From NCBI RefSeq assembly GCF_009914755.1, contig NC_060939.1: 64,000 nt of DNA. One strand, written 5' to 3'. Position numbers and translations under genes: made by a program. Under the pieces are notes generated by a model. The model had not been told where the DNA came from and ran no database searches. It worked only from the letters and a program-made list of their open reading frames with translations. Source of the DNA: the human T2T-CHM13v2.0 reference genome, Homo sapiens. Of this stretch, positions 55,513 to 64,000 are shown piece by piece; the first letter of the stretch is position 1; each line of letters begins with the position of its first letter.

Positions 55513-57186
55513 CTAACTTGTCAACTAAATTTAAAAGGAAAAGACAACTTTGAGAGAAAATTAAAACCAATGCAGTGTGTGTAAATGCCATTTTGATAAG
55601 CTCTTATTTCATGTTGACATATTCTATGGTGCTCGTCTTACATAACCTAGTTAGGGAAATGTTTTGTTCCAGTCTGGCTTTGTTTTTCTTCATGTGTTTA
55701 GGTCCTTCCACTTTCCTTTTGTTAATTTTTGGTGTTGTACTTCAGGAAATGAATTGAGGGTTGCAAATGACCTGGAGGGCCTTAGTTTGTTTGCTTGTTT
55801 GATTTTAGCAACAGTCACCGTGGTACACCTGACGTGGCTGGGACTCCTGATTTTTTTTTTTTTTCTTTTTGAGAACAAAGAATGTGTCCTTGTCTTGGCA
55901 TGGACTGGGTAGCCTTGTTCACCTCCCCACCCATCTCTCCTTATTGGTGAGGCATTGTAAACCGTGTTAACAGGTAGCATCCACAGAACCCTGGAAAGGT
56001 TGTGAAGTCCCTTTGGAAGCCTAAGGGTTTTGATCTCATCCAGGTTGTAATCTTAAATTCTGGTACAAATTCCCTTGTTACAACTGGGTTAAGTGGTTTT
56101 AACCTCTTTTGTGCCTTCATTTTGAATGCTTAGACTGGAAAGTCGTTCAGAGACTCCTGACCGAATAAAGCCTACTTCCAAATGAGTGGGTTGTCCAGGT
56201 GTGCTTGTAGATGTCACATACTTCTAACAAGGCTCTGCAGCTGCGATGTCACCTTGCCCAGCGTGACCTCATTAGCATGTATGTGGCTTTCAGTGGCCAT
56301 GTACTTTGCTTCTAGAGCTTTCTTTCCCATTCTGGGTTCTTAGGAGGGGGCTGTGCTTTGTGTGTGGCCAGGCAGAAGTCCATGTTTTAGCTTTTCAATT
56401 CTCTTGAAGAAAACAAATGTTGTTGATAAGAACACTTGTCATGGCATCCGATTTGTTCTTGTGAGGGCTGTATTAGCAATAAATAGACATTTAGTTTGCA
56501 TATTTAACACCTCATCTTCTTTCAGCCCACACGTCTTCACTACAGGATTAGCTTTTCATTACTTAGTAGAGCTTTTAATTACCTGAAGCTTTCGTGTCTT
56601 TACTGGGATATAACTTTTCTCCTTATTAACCAGAAAAAGTCACAGAAAATCTTGTAATTTATAATGGAATGGAGTAATATTCACAAACAGGCTTTGGCAG
56701 GATTTTTTTTGTTATTGTGTTTTTTGTTTTTGTTTTTTTGTTACACTAGTTTTATCACAAGACAAGAAAGAGGGGAACTTTTAGAAATAAAAATTATGTG
56801 CTAAAATAATTAACCTTCCTGAGTAACACACACAGAATGTTGGTATAGTGTTTGCACCAGAGGAATTACATATGGAAGAATGCTGGGATCTTTTACCAAA
56901 TAAGGGAAAGTAGAGTTCATTACAAATAGAGGCTTCTAGCACAGAAAAGAGGACATTTTATAAGTACTGTGAAGCATTTTCAGAGATAATTAAATAATAG
57001 AAAATATTAAACCAATTTAAACAATTTGTAGTTTTTTTCTAATAACCAGTAAGTTCTTCGTCTTCGAATAATTCTTTTATACTGTTCTATTTCCAGCTCC
57101 ACTGAGTGCCCATGTGTTTTCAGAGAAAACAGGAGTCTGTTTTGGACTTCCTCTTTGGTATATATGGTGGGAGATTTGTTTAAAAA

Positions 57187-57571
57187 ATTTTTTTATAGAG
57201 GTAAAATTCATATGACATAAAATTGTCCATTTAAAGGTGAACAACTCAGTGACATTTAGTATATTCATACTGTTGTGCAATTGCCATCTCTATCTAGTTC
57301 CAAAATACATTTGTCATGCCGCAAGGAAAGCCTGTACCCCTTAAGCAGTTAATCCCCATTCCCCTTTCCGCTCAGCTCCTGGCAACCACCAGTCTGCATT
57401 CTGTTTCTATGGATTCACCTATTTTGCATAGTGCATATAAATGCAGTTATATAATATGTGACCTTTTGTGTCTGGCTTCTTTCACTTAGCATAATATTTT
57501 TAAGGTTCATCCATGTTGTAATGTATCAGTACTTCATCCCTTTTTATGGGTGAATAATAGTCCATTGTATC
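57187..57571 (-). mobile_element. L1MB-like 3' end
   Basis: gaggtaaaattcatatgacataaaatt..ctggcaaccaccagtctgcattctgtttctatggatt..tctggcttctttcacttagcataat. Confidence 0.88.
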
Positions 57572-57686
57572 CAGTTGTATCCAGAAGATTTGCTTTTCAT
57601 TGCCTAACTTCAGGGCTTCAGACACCTCAATCTTTGTTCTGAGATGGATGTAAACTTAATGTATATCTCTCTCTCTCACCCAATGA

Positions 57687-58025
<339 letters not shown>

Positions 58026-60726
58026 TAATTATTTAGAAGTATGTTGAGAATACATCCCAATAATAGAAGTGAAAGCTCTTTAAAAAGAAAAATATTCAAA
58101 ACTTACCAGCTGATCTTATGTTTCATTTAGAATGGCTGCATTCTTTGCAGTACCCTAGGGTTGTAGAAATTCTCCCCCATGATTGCACAACCCACTCCTT
58201 CTCAGCCAGTGTGCACCTGGAGTCAGCTGTGTTTGGCCTTAAGGTGTCCATGGTCCAGCAGGGAGAGGGCAGATGGGTCAGTGTTGTCCTGCTAGTGATG
58301 AGTATCCCATGGTGGGCATGCTGATGCCACGCAAGGGAGAGGGTGTCTGGTTCTGTGCAGTGGCAGTGGTGCAACCCCTTACCAAGGTACCGTGGGGACC
58401 TGGGTTAGGGCAGGAGGAGGAAGGTGTTCTCTACAGACTGCAGGGCTTGGAGGCAGCCTGTCATGGGGAAGGGCGTGGATGAAGGGTGAGCCGGGACCCC
58501 AGGCAGGTACGGAGCAGTTCAAGGCCGTCAAGTGTGCTTCATTCTTCAGTCATTAGGGTGTCTCTGAAAGGTTTTTCATTGAATCAGAATTCCCCTAATT
58601 CACGAATTCTAAAGCTTAAGTAAATTCAGTAATAATAAACTGTCAATTATCCAAGCGATGAATATAAATCCATAAGGTTTTTCAAATCCCCAGAAATCCC
58701 TTTCGTCTCCCACCTGGTTTTGCTGAGCGCCTGTCTCTTCTGTCTCTTTTCTGATTCCCACCTTTCACTTTTCCTCCATTTTTCGCTTAATGGATTTATA
58801 CTTTAAAGTAGGTATTCTGAAAATTCCAATTTTATGAATGGTGTGACGGTGAGAACTTTGATTCATTGAAAGATAAAAATAATCATTACATTTTATACTG
58901 CAAGGGTCATCCTTAATATTCTTCATATTTTTAATATAGCTGCATGATTTGAGTAGTTGAGTTGGGGATTGGATAATGTATTTATTGATTGATTAACTCT
59001 CTGGGGGTCCATACATACCCCTCTTTATATCCCTGTGGTCCCTTTTTAGTCCTTTTGTAAAAACTTGATAATGTTAACCTCTGCCAAAGTTGATGCGGTA
59101 GTTGTGAGTGGTGGGACGCAAGCGTGTTGATTTATTCTTGGAGACAGCAGAAACAGCACCACCTTCAACTGTTTTGTCATGATCATCTTGTAACCATAAT
59201 TCTGTGCTAAGTCAGAATTAATGTTATTTTGTTAATTCAGGTTATTGTGAAAATCTCCACAGGAGGTTATTTAAGCAAGTCACAAATTGATGATTCTGTT
59301 TGTAGAAAAACTCCAGCTCATCCAGCCAGCCACATTATTCCAGGGCTGCATGGTGTCAGCGTAGGGACCAGGCTCGGTGTAGAGACCAAGGGTGCCTTTC
59401 CCCTTCCTTTCCGCCCGTTAATTGCCTACTTGCCCAGTGGTACCTTCTGAACTTTTAGAAATCCAGATAGGATTTCCACATGGTTCATTAGAATTCATTT
59501 ATTTTTTTCCATCTGTATTTCTTTTTGTTGTACTCCCTAGATCATTATTTTTAGTTACTTTTTACATGCATTGGTTAGGTTTTTCATGTAATCTCTCAGT
59601 AAGCGTACTGGGGGATGAGTGACCTCAGTATTTAAATTTTTCATAGGTGGGATGAAATGTCTTTTCTGAGTGTGAGTATTTCTGTTCCATTCTTCTTTTC
59701 CAGGCAGGCTCTCATTCTGTGCTGCAGTTTGGATTCAGGGAGCACTGACCCTTCTGTCAGGTTGCTCCTGCTATGAAGGATGGAAGGGCATTTTGATACA
59801 TGAGGCATAACTGTAATTATCCGGTGGGGCTTGGTTTGTGCTGTTTTCCACCTCTTCGTCATATTTTGGAAAACTGAGGCCAAAAGCAAAGTTCATTTTC
59901 CCCTTTAAAAGCTTCTTTAAAAAAATGATGAAAGAGCTTTATCAATGTTTTGAATAACCCAGAAAATATTTCTTATTGTTGATAATCTGCAGTTTGCAAG
60001 TGCAGCGAATCTTGTGGGTAGATTTACCTTGAGTTTTTTGAAACGGTAGAATTAATATATTAAAACATATGGTTTTTAGTTAAAATACGATGTTAAAGGA
60101 ATAGAGCGCACGAACAAAAAACTTTCCACTTGAACCCATGTTGTTTCATCTGACAGTGGGTATGGTGTCCCTGGCAGGATAGGGCTTCCACCTCCTGCTG
60201 GTGCCGGTAGGACAGGGAAGAGGTGGGGAACACTGTGTCTCCACCTCCCAAGCGTCTTACCTCCCAAGTCAGATCCCTGGCATTGTTTGAATACTTGCGT
60301 GTTTGTGTGTGGGGTGATGTTTTCCTGAGAATGTGGCAAAATAATAGAAGGTCCCAGGGTTCCTCAGTCTGCAGACCATAGCTGAGTGGTGTGTGCCTCT
60401 AGCCATGAGGTGAAGCATAGGTGAAATTCAGATCCATAGGAAGACAGACAGACTTTGCAAGTTAGTAAGCTAACTTGCTAGAGGAAACGGTAGACTCCTG
60501 TGCTGGCTGCCAACTAAAAAGCCTTTCTCCACAGTTCTGTTCTCATGTACACCCTCAGGACCTTGGATGAGCTTGTGTGTTCAGGAAATTGGGCACCGAG
60601 ATTTTTTTTGTATCTTTGATTTTAGTTGATATGTAGTCCTTCCAAGGAAAGTATTCGTTGGATGCCCTTTCTACACTTTGGCATTGTGCAAGAGGTATCA
60701 AATTTTAAAGTAAAAGTGCACAACCT

Positions 60727-61021
60727 GGCCAGGCGCGGTGGCTTACGCCTATAATCCCAGTACTTTGGGAGGCTGAGGCGGGTGGATCATGCTGTCAGGA
60801 GATCGAGACCATCCTGGCCAACGTGGTGAAACCCCATCTTTACTAAAAATACAAAAACTAGCTGGGCGTGGTGGTGCGTGCCTATAATTTCAGCTACTTG
60901 GGAGGCTGAGGCAGGAGAATCACTTTAACCAGAGAGTTGGAGGTTGCAGGGAGCCGAGATCGCACCACTGCACTCCAGCCTGGGTGACAAAGCGAGACTC
61001 CATCTCAAAAAAAAAAAAAAA
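60727..61021 (+). mobile_element. Alu (AluSc/Sg-like)
   Basis: Sense dimer with A tail. Confidence 0.95.
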
Positions 61022-61030
61022 TGCCCACAA

Positions 61031-61419
<389 letters not shown>

Positions 61420-62412
61420 TTAATATTTGATGCAAAAAAAATTTATTTGACCTGTTATTTTAACTCTTTGACATAAAATCTCTAAATCAAAATAATCAGC
61501 AACAGTTTTAAGTGTATAAATATGTATTTCTTTCAGTGCTTGAACATTTTTAGACAGGAAGATTCTTGATCTTCTTTGTAAGCAAATAGCATCAAAGAGT
61601 AACACTTCTGTACCTTTGTGGTATGTACCTTGTGGCTAATTTGTCCATGAAGGGATAGGCATTGTGTTTTGTTGCTTAAGTCGCTTAAGGCCTTTAAAGC
61701 ATTTCCAAACTCACCTATTTTTGCTCTAAGGGGTATAAGGTGTTAAAAAATGAATGGAAGTTAACTCATTCTCACCTTGTCTGCTAACTTCCTTTTGTTC
61801 TTTGTCTGTAAGAACTCATAAAGCTGTATGCATCAGCTGCTCCCAGGGGCCTTCTAAGGCCTCAGTCCAACAACAGTGCTACAGGTGAGGAAAGGAAAGA
61901 AGACACTATGTCATCATGTCATTCTTTTAGACTTGGTAAGAAGTATATTCAAGCAGATCAGATGCTCTCAGAATCACAGCGTGTTGTACTGCTAGTAATT
62001 AAAACTGAAGTCCACATTGAATAAGAAATAATTTTTTATTGATTGCTGGCATTTGTGAGAAAGGGTTTAATTAGACCAGGATATGGAGGGGACTTATCGA
62101 CAGTTCCGTTGTACATTGTTGACATGGTTATTTTCTGTATCTCATTTTGCCTGGGAATTTGTCATTCTCTTCTATTTTCTTATCAGTAGCACTGCTTTTA
62201 CACTTATTAGCCCTAGCTGTTTGTCTTGCTTATTTAAACTTGTACATGGCACATGCTCAAAGATTTTTCCAGGCAAAATTTCTTTAAAGCAGGATTTGAG
62301 ATTTTCCATCCCCTTCCGTCTGCTGGATTATTCCGGTGAGTGTTAATCTCCCGCCTTTGTCTTAGCCTCTCTGTGGTCTTCGGTTGCTTCCTTGTTCTCT
62401 GTAGATCTCCTG

Positions 62413-62553
62413 AGTTGGCCATTAGCTGTCAACAGTCAGCACTTGCTGCCTCTCAAGTCTCTTCCCCTCCTGGCTCTGCCCTGGTTTTGCTCTCTGACGG
62501 GGATCTAAATTGGGATTCTTTCCAGTGTGGAATCCTGGGTGTCCACCATGTCA
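62413..62553 (+). repeat. Copy 1 of a diverged ~141-bp local direct duplication
   Basis: agttggccattagctgtcaacag..gggatctaaattgggattc..tggaatcctgggtgtccaccatgtca. Confidence 0.88.
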
Positions 62554-62629
62554 CTCTGACTTCCAGATGATAATGAGTGTGACCATGGGCTGAATGAATG
62601 TCTCTCTGCTGGGATTAAAAGTTAGAGGA

Positions 62630-63000
62630 AGGCAAAAACAGACATTGCGTGTTCTCACGTATACGTGGGAGCAAAAAAAGTTGATCTCTTGGAGGTAGAG
62701 AGTAGAGTGATGGTTACCAGAGACTGGGAAAGGGGGCGATGAAGAGGGGTAGAGAATGAGTACAAACATTCAGTTAGATAGAGGGAATACATTCTAATAG
62801 GGTGACTATCGTTAACAGTAATTTACTGTATATTTCCAAATAGCTAGAAGGTTAGAAATGTTCCCAACACATAGAAAGGATACATGTTTGAAATGATGGA
62901 TATCCTAATTATTCTGATCATTATACATTGCATACATGTTTCAAAATATCATATTAACCCCATAAATATGTACAAATATCACACATCAATAAAAAATAAA
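62630..63000 (+). mobile_element. L1MA-like 3' end
   Basis: tgttctcac..gtagagagtagagtgatggttaccagagactggg..cccataaatatgtacaa..tcaataaaaaataaa. Confidence 0.88.
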
Positions 63001-63093
63001 GGGGAAGACATAGGTGTAGGCATAGATTTTTAAGCTGAGAACCTTTTGACAGGGAAGACCAGGGATGGTTTTAGGGTGTGGGGAATCTGTGTA

Positions 63094-63235
63094 AGTTGGC
63101 CGTTAGCTGTCAACAGGCAACAATCACTGTCTCTCAGGTCCCTCCCGCTCCCGGCCGTGTCCTGGTTCTACTTGCCGGCAGGGATCTAAGTTGGAATTCC
63201 TTTCCAACATGGAATCCTGAGTGTCCACCATGTCA
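63094..63235 (+). repeat. Copy 2 of a diverged ~141-bp local direct duplication
   Basis: agttggccgttagctgtcaacag..gggatctaagttggaattc..tggaatcctgagtgtccaccatgtca. Confidence 0.88.
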
Positions 63236-64000
63236 AAATTGTGTCAAAATTCGTCTGTATGCATTTTTCTTGGTAGAAGGGTCCCCAAAAGTCACCACAT
63301 TCTCAGAGACTTCTGATCCCTAAAACTTTAGATCAACAGTCAATAAAAAGGTCCCAGTTGTGTCTTAGTCCCCATGGCAGTACTTTTGAACATTTGAAGG
63401 TGGAGAATTGCTACTGAGGACTTTGTTCTGTGGATGAAACTTCGAATGAGGATTGTTGGTGAGAGTTGGATTGTTGTTGTATGAGGAAGTGCACCTTGGA
63501 ATCTAATGGGGTCTTCACGGAGGGGGAGTCAGTTGTGGCACTGTTTGTGTATTCCATTCATCATTCATCCCTCCATCCAAGCACCCACGTGGAGCTCAGA
63601 AAGATGACTAACACATACCCCCTGCTGCTCCTGTTTTTCTAAGGTGTGCTGGGACCATTTACATTTAGTTCTTTGGAGAACACAACTACTTAGGATTTTT
63701 GTTGTTGTTGTTGTTTTCCTGTACATTGTCTTCCTATCTCCCTTCTGGTACCCATTCCACCCTCTCTCCCCTTCCTCACTGCCGTTTCATAGGGGTTCTC
63801 AGATTCCTGTGAATAAAGCAAACCGATGTGCAGATATGTGTGCTTACACATGTGGACGTATTTGAGGAGGTAAGAGGGACCTGCACAAGGCTTTAGTGAG
63901 TAAGCAGAGAAGTTATTTATATATAGTGAGACCCAGTAAACGGCGATGTCGCAGGTGAGGCAGTTGATCTGGTCAGAATATGCCTCCAGAGACATCACTG

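Overview
Primate (very likely human) genomic DNA from the IGF1R locus, + strand. Bases 1-504 are the 3' part of IGF1R coding exon 2 (receptor L1 domain and start of the cysteine-rich region), ending at the phase-1 donor AAAA|GTAAGA. The remaining 63.5 kb is the 5' part of the very large intron 2; exon 3 (TGTGCCCAAGC.., M-C-P-S) was not found. The intron holds about 27 Alu elements or fragments, several MIR, L2 and old L1 remnants, two MaLR solo LTRs (MLT1A-like; THE1A-like with a perfect 5-bp TSD) and a MER33-like DNA transposon split by an Alu. All other ORFs in the track look spurious. I see no new gene or multi-gene system. The most unusual structures are: (1) an ~80-nt ERV9/LTR12 R-region copy with poly(A) tail, 13+ bp TSD and L1-endonuclease site, i.e. 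an L1-retroposed LTR transcript, next to a CpG-rich patch at ~20.1-20.5 kb; (2) an AluJ whose TSD encloses extra unique 3' sequence; (3) a diverged ~141-bp non-repeat duplication flanking an L1 3' end at 62.4-63.2 kb; (4) exon-2 read-through/intronic polyadenylation and circRNA potential. Repeat subfamily names and boundaries come from recognition by eye and are approximate.
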